Of a DNA stretch of 64,000 nucleotides, positions 19,336 to 29,552 are shown in pieces; positions within the stretch are counted from its first letter, which is position 1; each line of letters opens with the position of its first letter. The DNA lies in contig OY759724.1 of NCBI GenBank assembly GCA_963662715.1, forward strand, positions 2,074,662 through 2,138,661, written 5' to 3'. Source of the DNA: Candidatus Omnitrophota bacterium (GTDB taxonomy: Bacteria > Omnitrophota > Gorgyraeia > Zapsychrales > JANLHA01). The notes beneath the pieces are model-generated. The model saw only the letters and a list, made by a program, of their open reading frames with translations, did not search any database and was not told where the DNA came from. A program made the position numbers and the translations under genes.

Positions 19336-20637
19336 GTGGACAGGTCAATGGCCGGAAATATTAATGTCTCTGCCATCATCCGTTTCTTGCTGTTCGGCCT
19401 TATTGTCTGCCTGCCTTATAGCAAAGCTATTATTGAGACATGTGTCATTCTTTCCCTGGTGCTCTGGTTCTCAGTGCGCCTGAAGCTTCTCGTTCATCCC
19501 AAAGGCCCTGACCGGCAGGGGGGGGCTTCCCGGAGCTGGGGTGATGTTATAAAACCTCCTCCAACACCCCTCAACACAGCGATTTTGTTTTTTGTCATCA
19601 TTTGTTTGTGTTCTGCCGTTTTCAGCATTAATCCCGCGAAATCTTTCCATGGTTTTATCACAAAAACGCTGGAATGGTTTGCCGTATTTTATCTCATGGT
19701 CGGGGTCTTTACGACCAAGAGACAGCTGGCCACGGCGGTTGTCCTTTATCTTGCGACATCATGCGTGACGTGTTTGGACGGCATCGTGCAATTTTACTGG
19801 TTAGGGCATGACGTGATCCGTCAGCGTTTGTTGATCCGGGACGGAGCCACAGCTGCTTTCTCTCATCCCAACAGCCTTGCCGGTTATCTGACCATTGTCG
19901 TGCCCTGCGTATTTTCCCTGTGTTTTTCCCCGGGGCTAAAAGTAAGGCTTCGTCTGGCGTTAATGTCTTTGTGGAGTATTATGAGCTGGGCCTTGATCCT
20001 GACCTTCTCCCGGTCGGGCATTTTCGCCGGTCTGGCGGGGGTCCTGTTTTTTATTTGCCATAAGAGCAAGCCCGTATTTATCTGGATATGTATTCTCGCC
20101 GTTTTGCTCGCCGGAAGTTTTTTGCGTTTTGCGCCTCATGAGGTCCGCAAGCGTACGCGTACCCGGCCGGAAATTGTTTCGGATGATGTGAAATGGCGGT
20201 GGCATCTCTGGCAGGACAGCTTGGCTTTGGTCCGGGAGAGGCCGTGGGTGGGCCACGGATTGAATACTTATATGGATCTGATACATCGCAAAAGACCTGA
20301 TGCGGCTCCGGTTTATGCACATAACTGTTACGTTCAAATCATGGTGGAAACCGGCGTTCTGGGCCTGGCAGGTTTCCTGTGGATCCTGTTCGCCCTTGGA
20401 AAAGCCGTATTCGGAAGCCTGTCAAGCCCGACGGACCGTGTTGCCGACCGGCGGCTATCAGGCCTTATTCTAGGTTTGTATTCAGGGGTGGTCGCGTTTT
20501 TGGTCCACAGCTTTTTTGAAGTCCATTTTTATTCTTTGCAACTATCAGTTTACTTTTGGCTTATTGCCGGTATACTAATCTCTGGAATCTCTATGCAGAC
20601 GCATTATAAGAAATGTGAAGAAAATATTATTATTTGA
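19336..20637 (+). CDS. O-antigen ligase/polymerase-like membrane protein (Wzy_C-type), paralogue 2
   Basis: Polytopic; motifs [11 protein letters not shown] and [17 protein letters not shown]. Start is GTG 19336 or ATG 19348. Confidence 0.8.
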   Translation: MDRSMAGNINVSAIIRFLLFGLIVCLPYSKAIIETCVILSLVLWFSVRLKLLVHPKGPDRQGGASRSWGDVIKPPPTPLNTAILFFVIICLCSAVFSINPAKSFHGFITKTLEWFAVFYLMVGVFTTKRQLATAVVLYLATSCVTCLDGIVQFYWLGHDVIRQRLLIRDGATAAFSHPNSLAGYLTIVVPCVFSLCFSPGLKVRLRLALMSLWSIMSWALILTFSRSGIFAGLAGVLFFICHKSKPVFIWICILAVLLAGSFLRFAPHEVRKRTRTRPEIVSDDVKWRWHLWQDSLALVRERPWVGHGLNTYMDLIHRKRPDAAPVYAHNCYVQIMVETGVLGLAGFLWILFALGKAVFGSLSSPTDRVADRRLSGLILGLYSGVVAFLVHSFFEVHFYSLQLSVYFWLIAGILISGISMQTHYKKCEENIII

Positions 20638-20653
20638 AGAGGGAGGCTCATCC

Positions 20654-21667
20654 ATGAAAAAGAGAAAAGTGGCCCTGATCACCGGTATTACGGGACAGGA
20701 TGGCGCTTATTTGTCGGAATTATTGCTTAAAAAGAAATATGATGTTTATGGACTGATCAGACGGTCCAGCACGTTCAATACAACACGCATTGATCATCTC
20801 TATCAGGATCCTCATGAAAAGGATGTTCAATTGCGGCTGCTTTACGGGGATCTCAATGACGCGAGTTCTCTGAACCGGATTATCAGGACTATAAAACCGG
20901 ACGAGATATATAATCTTGGAGCGCAGAGTCATGTCAAGGTCAGTTTTGAGATCCCGGAATACACGGGAGAGATTGTCGGGCTGGGGACGACGCGTCTGCT
21001 GGAAGCCATACGGGATTCAGGTATTAAAGCGAAATTTTATCAGGCTTCAAGCAGTGAAATGTTTGGTAAAGTTCTCGAGATCCCTCAATCTGAAAAGACC
21101 CCGTTTTATCCCCGCAGCCCTTATGCGGCGGCGAAAGTCTACTCTTATTGGATGACCGTCAATTACCGGGAAGCTTATAATATTTTCGCCTGCAACGGTA
21201 TTCTTTTTAACCATGAATCTCCCCGGAGAGGGGAGACCTTCGTGACCCGGAAAATTACCATGGCCCTGGCCCGGATTAAACACGGAGTGCAGGATAAGCT
21301 TTTTTTAGGGAATCTGGACGCTAAAAGAGACTGGGGTTTTGCCGGGGATTATGTTGAAGCCATGTGGTTGATGTTGCAGCAGAAGACCCCGGCTGATTAT
21401 GTCATCGCGACCGGCCAGACGCATTCTGTGCGGGAATTTCTTTTAGAAGCGTTCTCCTATTTAAAGATGGATTGGAAAAAACATGTCAGGATCGATAAGC
21501 GCTATTTCCGGCCAACGGAAGTAGATCTCCTCATAGGCAACAGTTCAAAAGCCCGCAGAAAATTGAAATGGAAACCCCGAGTGAACTTTAAGCAGTTAGT
21601 CCGTATGATGGTTGATGCTGACCTGGAACTAGTTGAACGTCAGCTTTACGGCCAGAAGAAATCTTAA
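20654..21667 (+). CDS. gmd: GDP-mannose 4,6-dehydratase, canonical short-form paralogue
   Basis: [58 protein letters not shown] and [24 protein letters not shown] lies before ATG 20654; the track start at 20615 is an upstream extension. Confidence 0.9.
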   Translation: MKKRKVALITGITGQDGAYLSELLLKKKYDVYGLIRRSSTFNTTRIDHLYQDPHEKDVQLRLLYGDLNDASSLNRIIRTIKPDEIYNLGAQSHVKVSFEIPEYTGEIVGLGTTRLLEAIRDSGIKAKFYQASSSEMFGKVLEIPQSEKTPFYPRSPYAAAKVYSYWMTVNYREAYNIFACNGILFNHESPRRGETFVTRKITMALARIKHGVQDKLFLGNLDAKRDWGFAGDYVEAMWLMLQQKTPADYVIATGQTHSVREFLLEAFSYLKMDWKKHVRIDKRYFRPTEVDLLIGNSSKARRKLKWKPRVNFKQLVRMMVDADLELVERQLYGQKKS

Positions 21668-21685
21668 GATCCTTTAGAGATCATC

Positions 21686-23155
21686 ATGATGAATAACTTT
21701 AGGAACTGGACTGAAAAAGGCATCGTCTACTCTTTCTATGCCTTGATTTATTTTTTGCCTATCTCTACGGCTTTAGTCGAAATTTTCTCTACCTGTATTA
21801 TTTTGTGTTATTTGTCGAGGATGGGGGTTCTCCTTCTGAATCGGGGCGCCGTGGCCGATGGGGCCGGTGGTCCGGTGCGGGATTCTTCTCCATCGGAGAA
21901 GATGTTTTTCGGAGCCTGTGTCCTGTTCCTGGCCGCGAATATCCTGTCCACCCTGACGAGTCAATATCCCTGGGTGAGCTTTAAAGCCCTGTTTTTTAAG
22001 CTGAGTCAGGGGCTGGTGCTGATGCATGCGTTTTCTTTGGTGATGCTGACGCAAAAACGGATAAAAATATTTATAACCGTTTTTTTGGTTTCGGCAACCT
22101 TATCGTCTGTTAATGCCATTTTCCAATCTTTTTCCGGTCATGGTTTCGTGAGAGGTTTTTCGCTGGTGGAGGAGGCCCGGGTTACGTCTTCCTTCAAACA
22201 TCCCAATGATTTTGGCGGATATCTTATTGTTGTCAGTTCGGTTGTCCTGTCTTTGATTGTCACAGGGATTTATGAAGCCTTTTTTTATAAAAAACAGCAG
22301 GAATCGGTCGGCGGGGCTGCTTCGACCCCGGTCTTTGTCTGGATCTGGATCGGGAGTCTGTTGATCCTGACTTTATGGAGTTTGGGGCTGACTTTTTCCC
22401 GGGGAGCCTGGCTGGGATTTATTATCGCGGTGTTATGCCTGGCTTTTTACAGGAAGAAAGTTTTTTTCTTGTTGATAGGGCTCTGTGTGCTTTTTCTCCT
22501 GATCTTCCATCCTCAGTTATACAAAGTCCGGGGAAGGAATTTAAGAGTTTATAACCCCAAAGGCGTTGTTATAAAACCTAAAGACGTAAAGAAAATTATG
22601 GCGCCGGATCAGGAGCCTCCGCCTTCGGCACAGGACCGGTCTTTGAAGAATGACCTGGAATCCCAAGGGCATAAAAATTATATTCAGGCCGTTTTTAAGA
22701 AAGTATTAACGGTTTTTGAGGTTCTTGCCGGAAAAAGCATGGGCAGGTTTGGTTTTTGGAAAGAAGCCATGCTTATTGTCAAAGACTACCCTTTGTGCGG
22801 GGCCGGGCTGAACACCTATTCCAAGGTGGCTCCCCGGTACAAGATTAACTGGGGCGGGTATCCGCATAACTGTTACCTGCACATGGCAGCTGAAACCGGT
22901 GTGTTAGGTTTGGGCCTCTTTTTAGGCCTTGTTGTGATTTTTTTGTGTCACGCATGGACGAAAATTCATTTGGTGACGCCGCCGTATTTATTGTCCGTCT
23001 CCCTGGGAGGCGTGGCCGGGTTGTCAGGCTTTTTGGTGCAATGTTTTTTCGATACCAACCTTTATTCTGTGCAGTTAAACAGTCTTTTTTGGATTTTCAT
23101 CGGGTTGGTCTTAGCGGCTATAAGGACCGGCCGGCCGTACGGTTCAGAGTCATGA
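21686..23155 (+). CDS. O-antigen ligase/polymerase-like membrane protein (Wzy_C-type), paralogue 3
   Basis: Polytopic; motifs TFSRGAWLGF and YPHNCYLHMAAETGVLGLG. Confidence 0.8.
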   Translation: MMNNFRNWTEKGIVYSFYALIYFLPISTALVEIFSTCIILCYLSRMGVLLLNRGAVADGAGGPVRDSSPSEKMFFGACVLFLAANILSTLTSQYPWVSFKALFFKLSQGLVLMHAFSLVMLTQKRIKIFITVFLVSATLSSVNAIFQSFSGHGFVRGFSLVEEARVTSSFKHPNDFGGYLIVVSSVVLSLIVTGIYEAFFYKKQQESVGGAASTPVFVWIWIGSLLILTLWSLGLTFSRGAWLGFIIAVLCLAFYRKKVFFLLIGLCVLFLLIFHPQLYKVRGRNLRVYNPKGVVIKPKDVKKIMAPDQEPPPSAQDRSLKNDLESQGHKNYIQAVFKKVLTVFEVLAGKSMGRFGFWKEAMLIVKDYPLCGAGLNTYSKVAPRYKINWGGYPHNCYLHMAAETGVLGLGLFLGLVVIFLCHAWTKIHLVTPPYLLSVSLGGVAGLSGFLVQCFFDTNLYSVQLNSLFWIFIGLVLAAIRTGRPYGSES

Positions 23156-23174
23156 GGGCCCCTGTCCCATTTCA

Positions 23175-23202
23175 TTGACAAATCGTTTTGCCTGAGTATA
23201 AT
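23175..23202 (+). promoter_or_regulatory. Consensus sigma-70-type promoter upstream of pgk
   Basis: TTGACA (23175-23180), a 16-nt spacer, then TATAAT (23197-23202), about 55 nt upstream of the pgk start. Confidence 0.6.
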
Positions 23203-23261
23203 ATATCGAGTTATTTATTAGTATAGTCTTAGTTAATAAGTTAATAGAAAGAGGAATGAGT

Positions 23262-24443
23262 ATGCAAAAACAAACAGTCAAGGATGTCGAACTTAAAGGG
23301 AAAAAAGTCATTGTCCGCGTTGATTTTAATGTCCCTTTAGATAAAACTCAAAATATTACGGATGACCGCCGTATTAAAGCGGCCCTGCCGACGCTTAAGT
23401 ATATTCTGGAACAGCACCCTGCTAAGGTTATTCTCATGAGCCATTTAGGAAGGCCTAAGGGAGAGGTTATTGAAGCGATGCGTTTAACACCTGTGGCCAA
23501 GCGGCTGGAGGAACTTCTGGGGGAAAAAGTTCTCAAATTGGATGATTGCGTCGGTCAGGCTGTCAAACAGGCTGTGGAGGGTAGTCAAGAAAAGGTTATC
23601 CTGTTAGAAAACTTGCGTTTTCATAAAGAAGAGACCAGGAACGATCCGGATTTTTCTAAACAGCTGGCGTCTTTAGCGGAGATTTATGTGAATGATGCTT
23701 TCGGTTCGGCTCACCGGGCCCATGCTTCAACAGCAGGTATTACGGCCTGCCTTCCTGCCGTTGCCGGTTTTCTGCTGGAGAAAGAAATAACCTATCTCGG
23801 CAAAGCCGTAGAAACACCGGAAAAACCTTTCGTGATTATTCTGGGAGGCGCAAAAGTATCGGATAAGATTGCTCTTATTGAAAACCTTCTGCCGAAAGCC
23901 GATGCCTTTATCATAGGCGGAGGCATGGTCTATACATTTCTTAAAGCCTTGGGCAGGAATATCGGCAACTCTTTATTGGAAGAAGACAAGGTGGAGACCG
24001 CTAAATCTGTTATGGAAAAGGCAGGGCAGGCCGGGGTTAAGATGGTCTTGGCAACGGACTTTGTTGTTGTGGAGGATTTTGACAAGCCGGAAACCCTCAA
24101 GATCGTTAGCGGAGAGATCCCGGACGGCTGGGAAGGGATTGATATCGGTCCGGAAAGCCGGAAAGCCTTCAGAGACGTTTTGTCAACGGCGAAAACGGTT
24201 ATCTGGAACGGTCCTCTAGGGGTTTTCGAAATAGACGCTTATGCGGAAGGGACCAAAGACATTGCCCAGTATATCGCCGGTCTTGAAGATGTGATTTCGA
24301 TCGTGGGCGGAGGGGATTCCGCGGCCGCTGTTGCGAAATTTAACGTGGAGTCAGGCATGACACATATTTCCACGGGCGGCGGAGCTTCCCTGGAATTTTT
24401 GGAAGGCAAGGAACTCCCTGGGGTTGCGGCATTAAACAGTTAA
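23262..24443 (+). CDS. pgk: Phosphoglycerate kinase
   Basis: VRVDFNVPL, ILMSHLGRPKG, NDAFGSAHRAH and STGGGASLEFLEG. GAGGA at 23251-23255 favours ATG 23262 over ATG 23256. Confidence 0.95.
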   Translation: MQKQTVKDVELKGKKVIVRVDFNVPLDKTQNITDDRRIKAALPTLKYILEQHPAKVILMSHLGRPKGEVIEAMRLTPVAKRLEELLGEKVLKLDDCVGQAVKQAVEGSQEKVILLENLRFHKEETRNDPDFSKQLASLAEIYVNDAFGSAHRAHASTAGITACLPAVAGFLLEKEITYLGKAVETPEKPFVIILGGAKVSDKIALIENLLPKADAFIIGGGMVYTFLKALGRNIGNSLLEEDKVETAKSVMEKAGQAGVKMVLATDFVVVEDFDKPETLKIVSGEIPDGWEGIDIGPESRKAFRDVLSTAKTVIWNGPLGVFEIDAYAEGTKDIAQYIAGLEDVISIVGGGDSAAAVAKFNVESGMTHISTGGGASLEFLEGKELPGVAALNS

Positions 24444-24469
24444 AGAAAAATATTACTAGAGGTGAATCC

Positions 24470-25237
24470 ATGAGAAAAATAATTATTGCCGGAAATTGGA
24501 AAATGAATAAAACTTCCCTGGAAGCCATTGAACTGGTGAATTTACTGAAAAGAGAAGTGTTGGACATCGAAGCGGTTGATATGGTTGTTTGTCCTCCTTT
24601 TACCGCTTTGGCGGACATCCGGGATGTCCTGAGCGAATCGGATATCGGATTAGGAGCCCAAAATCTTTACTGGGAGGATTCGGGCGCCTTTACCGGTGAG
24701 GTTTCCGCTCCGATGCTGAAAAATTTGGGCGTTCAGTATGTGATTATCGGACATTCGGAGCGGCGACAGTTCTTCGGGGAAACCAATGAGACGGTCAATA
24801 AGAAAATCAACGCTGCTTTGAAGCACTCCTTGTTGCCGATTGTCTGTATCGGCGAGACTTTGGAAGAACGCGAGAAGGGCCAGACAATGGATGTTATTAA
24901 AACTCAGTGTGAGGGGTCATTGAAGGATTTGACTCAGGAAGACATGGGGAAGATCATTTTGGCTTATGAACCGGTATGGGCGATAGGAACAGGCAAGACA
25001 GCGACCCCGGAACAGGCCCAAGAAGTCCACAAGTTTATTCGCGAGCTTTTGATAAAGATGTTTGGCGCTGAGTGCGCGGCCGGGGTCCGTATCCAATATG
25101 GCGGGAGTGTCAAGCCGGAAAATACGGAGGAACTGATGTCTCAGCCGGACATCGATGGTGCCCTGGTCGGAGGAGCCAGTCTTAAAAGTGATTCTTTTTC
25201 CCAGATTATAAAAAATTGTTTAGAGATTAAAAAATGA
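24470..25237 (+). CDS. tpiA: Triosephosphate isomerase
   Basis: IIAGNWKMN, IIGHSERR, AYEPVWAIGTG and QYGGSV motifs. RBS GAGGTGA. Confidence 0.95.
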   Translation: MRKIIIAGNWKMNKTSLEAIELVNLLKREVLDIEAVDMVVCPPFTALADIRDVLSESDIGLGAQNLYWEDSGAFTGEVSAPMLKNLGVQYVIIGHSERRQFFGETNETVNKKINAALKHSLLPIVCIGETLEEREKGQTMDVIKTQCEGSLKDLTQEDMGKIILAYEPVWAIGTGKTATPEQAQEVHKFIRELLIKMFGAECAAGVRIQYGGSVKPENTEELMSQPDIDGALVGGASLKSDSFSQIIKNCLEIKK

Positions 25238-25247
25238 GGTGTTTATT

Positions 25248-25589
25248 ATGGGCGCGATACTGATGGTGGTTCATGTTTTAACGGCGGTACTCTTAATTAC
25301 GGTTATTCTGATGCAATCCGGGCGAGGGGGAGGCTTGACCGAGAGCTTCGCCTCCGCGGAATCTATGTTCGGGGCACGGACGAACGAGTTTATGGTCCGG
25401 GCCACAGTGATATTAGCCGTGGCTTTTTTGGTGACGAATTTGAGCCTGGCGTATATGAACGCAAAAGAAGAAAGATCCTTGATGCAGGAGATGGGGCAAA
25501 TGAAGACCATTAATGTGCCCCTGGAAAAACCTGCGTCCCCGGCTACAGCAACATCCCCATCCTCGCCGGAACCCGCAACAGCTCAGTAG
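25248..25589 (+). CDS. secG: Preprotein translocase subunit SecG, with a Pro/Ser/Ala-rich C-terminal tail
   Basis: Small two-TM protein with LLITVILMQSGRGGGL. It sits in the conserved position after tpiA. ATG 25248 follows GAGGTG. Confidence 0.85.
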   Translation: MGAILMVVHVLTAVLLITVILMQSGRGGGLTESFASAESMFGARTNEFMVRATVILAVAFLVTNLSLAYMNAKEERSLMQEMGQMKTINVPLEKPASPATATSPSSPEPATAQ

Positions 25590-25701
25590 GGTCGGGCGAA
25601 AAGGGGCGTTATTTAGTAGAGAACCTTTTCTTAGCCAAAAACCGGTCTTGAAGAAATACCTTTCCAAAAAATGGTGTCTTAAGACAGCTTTCCCTCAACG
25701 G

Positions 25702-27426
25702 GTGAGTGCGTCTTTGCTTTCCTGTGTTTTGCCCTTCTGTCTGTTTTTTTTCCTGTCCTTCTGCTGTTCGGCGGCTCAGAGTGACCGTCACGGGGGGACC
25801 CTTGTGATGGCCACGACGTCGGACCCCAAATCGTTCAATTCCGTCATGGCCAAAGAAGCCTCCTCAACGGCGGTGACCGGGCTTATTTTTGAAGGATTAA
25901 CCACGACGAATGCCTTTACGCTAAAGGTCGAACCGCATTTGGCCAGGAAATGGGATGTGAGCAAGGATGGATTGACCTGGACATTTTATCTGCGGGAGGA
26001 TGTCCAGTGGAACGACGGATATCCTTTTACGGCGGATGATGTTGTCTTTACCTTCAATGACCTGATTTACAACGAAGACATCCCCAGTTCGGCCCGCGAT
26101 ATATTCACGATTAACGGGCAGGAATTTCAGGTTGAAAAAATAGATGATTATACGGTCCAGTTTACGCTGCCGGTTAAGTTTGCTCCTTTCCTGCGGGCCA
26201 TGGCCCAGCCCATCCTTCCCAAACACAGGTTGTTGCAGTCTGTCATGGATAAAAAGTTCAATTTTACCTGGGGCATCGATACTCCGCCGCAGGACATTGT
26301 CGGGACCGGCCCGTTCAAGCTGACGCAATACCGTCCGGGAGAACGGCTGGTTTTCCATCGCAACGAACGGTACTGGAAAAAGTCTTCGGAAGGGGAGGTC
26401 CTTCCTTATCTGAATCGTATTATTTATCTTATCGTCCAGAATATTGATGTGGAAATATTAAAATTTTTGGACGGCGAAACGGATTATTGCGGCATTAGCC
26501 GGGGCAGTGATTACCCTTTGTTAAAGCCTTTGGAAGCAGAAAAGAATTTCACGGTATATGAATCCGGACCGAATTTTGGCAGCAATTTTCTTGTTTTCAA
26601 CCAGAATAAGGGGCTCAACCCTGGAACGCAAAGGCCTTTTGTTGATCCTGTTAAATTGAAATGGTTTACCAACCGTGGATTCCGCCGGGCGGTCGCGCAT
26701 ACTATCGACAAGCAGAAGATGATAGATATCCTTAAGAATCAATTGGGATATCCGCAGGACGGGCCGTTGAGCCCGAGTGCCGGATTTTTTTATAACCCGG
26801 ATACAGTAAAATATGAATTTGATTTGGAGGAAGCCAAAGCGATTCTTTCGGAAAACGGCTTCCTTGACCGTAACGGGGACGGCATCATAGAAGACCCGGA
26901 AGGCCATGATGTTCAGTTTAATTTATACACAAATTCCGATAATTCGGAAAGGGTGCAAATCGCTGCCATTATCCGCCATGACCTGCAGGAGTTGGGGATG
27001 AAGGTGAATTTTCTGGCCCTTGAGTTTAATTCTTTGGTCAGTAAACTCAACGCTTCCTTTGACTGGGATGCCATTATCATCGGCCTGACCGGAGGCGTGG
27101 AACCTCATTTCGGGAAGAATGTCTGGTCTTCCGACGGGCAGCTGCATATGTGGTATCCCCAGCAGGACAAGCCGGCCACGGGATGGGAGAAAAGAGTCGA
27201 TGAGATTTTTACCGCAGGAGTCCAGGAGCTTGACGATGAGAAACGGAAAATCCTTTATGACGAATGGCAGCGGATCGTTTCCGAGGAGCTCCCGTTTATT
27301 TATACGGTTTTAGGGAGCAATATTTTTGCTGTACGCAATAAATTCGGGAATTTAAAGCCTTCTAGTTATGCCGGGGCTTTCCATAATTTGGAAGAGATTT
27401 ATATTTTAGAGGAGAACCGCCGATGA
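25702..27426 (+). CDS. ABC transporter substrate-binding protein, family 5 (peptide/nickel, Opp/Dpp-type)
   Basis: GTG 25702 gives a signal-peptide-like N-terminus (VSASLLSCVLPFCLFFFLSFCCSAAQ). The mature part is typical SBP_bac_5 (GGTLVMATTSDPKSFN, WNDG.PFTADDVVFT). The start is uncertain. Confidence 0.8.
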   Translation: MSASLLSCVLPFCLFFFLSFCCSAAQSDRHGGTLVMATTSDPKSFNSVMAKEASSTAVTGLIFEGLTTTNAFTLKVEPHLARKWDVSKDGLTWTFYLREDVQWNDGYPFTADDVVFTFNDLIYNEDIPSSARDIFTINGQEFQVEKIDDYTVQFTLPVKFAPFLRAMAQPILPKHRLLQSVMDKKFNFTWGIDTPPQDIVGTGPFKLTQYRPGERLVFHRNERYWKKSSEGEVLPYLNRIIYLIVQNIDVEILKFLDGETDYCGISRGSDYPLLKPLEAEKNFTVYESGPNFGSNFLVFNQNKGLNPGTQRPFVDPVKLKWFTNRGFRRAVAHTIDKQKMIDILKNQLGYPQDGPLSPSAGFFYNPDTVKYEFDLEEAKAILSENGFLDRNGDGIIEDPEGHDVQFNLYTNSDNSERVQIAAIIRHDLQELGMKVNFLALEFNSLVSKLNASFDWDAIIIGLTGGVEPHFGKNVWSSDGQLHMWYPQQDKPATGWEKRVDEIFTAGVQELDDEKRKILYDEWQRIVSEELPFIYTVLGSNIFAVRNKFGNLKPSSYAGAFHNLEEIYILEENRR

Positions 27427-28391
27427 TGCTGCGTTATGTCATAAGACGCTTTGTCGTGGCCGTGCCCTTGTTGCTTGTCATGACGTTGCTGACCTTTGTC
27501 CTCATGCAGAAAACGACGGGGAGTTTTTATGATATGTTGCGGCTGGATCCGCATATTTCCGAGGACACCATTAACCGGTATATCAGGCTTTACCAGCTCG
27601 ATAGGCCGGTTATTTATCAGTATAAACAGTGGGTGTTGAATTTGCTTAGAGGGGAGTTCGGCTATTCTTTTTATTATAATATTCCGGTTGTCTCGCTTAT
27701 CTCGAGCCGGCTGTGGAACACGTTTATCCTTTCTTTCTCCAGTATTGTCTTAACCTGGACGGTCGCGATCCCCCTGGGGATCATGGCTGCCGTTCATCAC
27801 AACCGCTGGCTGGACCGCCTCATCCAGTCTTTGTCTTATGTGGGGCTGGCTACCCCGAGTTTTTTCCTGGCCCTCTTGCTGCTGTTTTTTGCCAGCCAGA
27901 CGGGATTGTTCCCTTTGGGCGGCATGCATAGCGCGCAGTATGACGATTTGACCTGGTGGGGAAAGTTTTGGGATTTGTTGCGGCATTTAGCCATCCCCGT
28001 GATAACGTTGTCTGTCGGTTCGATAGGCGCCCTGCAGCGGATTATGCGGGGCAACATGCTGGAAGTTTTGCGGCAGCAGTACATCCTGACGGCCCGGGCC
28101 AAAGGATTGCCTGAAAACCGTGTTATTTACCGTCATGCTCTGAGAAATGCGATTAACCCTTTGATCACTTTAATGGGATATGAATTCTCGCGTCTCTTGA
28201 GCGGTGCCGCTTTGCTGGAAATCATCTGCAGTTGGCCCGGCCTGGGGGCGTTAATGTTAACGGCTGTGCGCTCCAAAGATATCTACCTGGTTATGGCGAG
28301 TTTTATTATGGGGAGTGTGTTGTTCCTTTTAGGAAATCTTTTCGCGGACATCCTTCTGGCCCGCATGGATCCAAGGATAAGATATGAGTAA
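27423..28391 (+). CDS. ABC transporter permease (OppB/DppB-like)
   Basis: N-terminal MLRYVIRRF; six TM segments; EAA-like loop YILTARAKGL. Confidence 0.9.
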   Translation: MMLRYVIRRFVVAVPLLLVMTLLTFVLMQKTTGSFYDMLRLDPHISEDTINRYIRLYQLDRPVIYQYKQWVLNLLRGEFGYSFYYNIPVVSLISSRLWNTFILSFSSIVLTWTVAIPLGIMAAVHHNRWLDRLIQSLSYVGLATPSFFLALLLLFFASQTGLFPLGGMHSAQYDDLTWWGKFWDLLRHLAIPVITLSVGSIGALQRIMRGNMLEVLRQQYILTARAKGLPENRVIYRHALRNAINPLITLMGYEFSRLLSGAALLEIICSWPGLGALMLTAVRSKDIYLVMASFIMGSVLFLLGNLFADILLARMDPRIRYE

Positions 28392-29481
28392 AGATCAGTA
28401 TTCTGTTCAATCTCAAAACGGCTTTCAGCGTTTCCGCAAGAATGGCTGGGCGGTATTCTGTTTGAGCGTCCTTGTCCTCTTGTACGGGGCAGCCCTGTTG
28501 GCCGATTTTATCAGCCCTTACTCCTATCAGAATGAAGACCGGAATTATTCCTATTGTCCGCCGACAAGCATTCAATTTCATGATGAACAGGGCCGTCTCA
28601 GGTGGCCGTACATTTACGGCTTTAAAATTTATTTTGACGAATATCATAAACGCGGGTATGAGATTAACCGGGAAGAAAAATATCCGCTTAAATTGTTTAC
28701 CCGAGGAGATCCGTACAAATTTTTGGGGTTCCTCCCGGGGACCATACGCCTTTTTGGTGTTGAGCGCCCCGGCCGTCTTCTGATCTGGGGGGCTGATTCG
28801 CGCGGACGGGACCTTTTTTCCCGCATTGTCTATGGCGGACGGATATCTTTATCGATCGGATTGTTCGGGGTGTTTATCTCTTTTTCGATCGGACTGCTGG
28901 TGGGCGGTATTGCCGGCTATTACGGAGGAAGGGTTGATGATATCCTGATGAGGATTTGTGAAATGATTATGATGATTCCGGGGTTTTACCTTTTACTGGC
29001 CTTAAGGGCCATGGTCCCGGCGAGCTTTAATTCCGTCCAGGTTTATTTCTCCATTGTTATCATTCTTTCCTTTATCGGCTGGGCCGGCTTAGCCAGAATC
29101 ATCCGGGGAATGTGCCTTTCGATTAGGGAACGGGAGTTTGTCTTGGCTGCGAAAGTTATGGGCCTTTCTGATCTTAAGATTATCGTCAGGCATGTTTTGC
29201 CCCATACATTGTCTTATTCTATTATTGCGATTATGCTTTCGATCCCCGGATATATCTTGGCCGAATCAGCCTTAAGCCTGATCGGGCTGGGGATCCAGGA
29301 CCCGTATGCGTCCTGGGGAAATTTGTTGTCAGAGGCGATGGGGATTATTCAGATACATTTCGCCCCGTGGATCCTTTTGCCCGGATTGTTTATCTTTTTG
29401 ACTGTCATGTGCTTTAATGTGATCGGCGATGCTTTGAGAGATTGTTTGGACCCGCGGTTTAGGGTCGAGGAGAATCTTTGA
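28384..29481 (+). CDS. ABC transporter permease (OppC/DppC-like)
   Basis: GADSRGRDLFSRIVYG and FVLAAKVMGLSD motifs. It overlaps the upstream permease by 8 nt. Confidence 0.9.
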   Translation: MSKDQYSVQSQNGFQRFRKNGWAVFCLSVLVLLYGAALLADFISPYSYQNEDRNYSYCPPTSIQFHDEQGRLRWPYIYGFKIYFDEYHKRGYEINREEKYPLKLFTRGDPYKFLGFLPGTIRLFGVERPGRLLIWGADSRGRDLFSRIVYGGRISLSIGLFGVFISFSIGLLVGGIAGYYGGRVDDILMRICEMIMMIPGFYLLLALRAMVPASFNSVQVYFSIVIILSFIGWAGLARIIRGMCLSIREREFVLAAKVMGLSDLKIIVRHVLPHTLSYSIIAIMLSIPGYILAESALSLIGLGIQDPYASWGNLLSEAMGIIQIHFAPWILLPGLFIFLTVMCFNVIGDALRDCLDPRFRVEENL

Positions 29482-29552
29482 GTTTTTCCCGGGGCAACGA
29501 TTAAGGTTTCAGTGGGTTTTGATATGAAAAAACACAAAAAAATTATCCCATT

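Noticed and set aside
3699-21667. The two gmd genes as a recent tandem or segmental duplication
   Set aside because: The proteins differ extensively in the N-terminal half and in an internal insertion, and the DNA shows no long identical stretches. They look like old paralogues or independently acquired genes.
25513-25701. Upstream extension of the substrate-binding protein ORF that overlaps secG
   Set aside because: The extension (MCPWKNLRPRLQQHPHPRR...) overlaps the secG coding frame and is not signal-peptide-like. GTG 25702 yields a normal hydrophobic leader.
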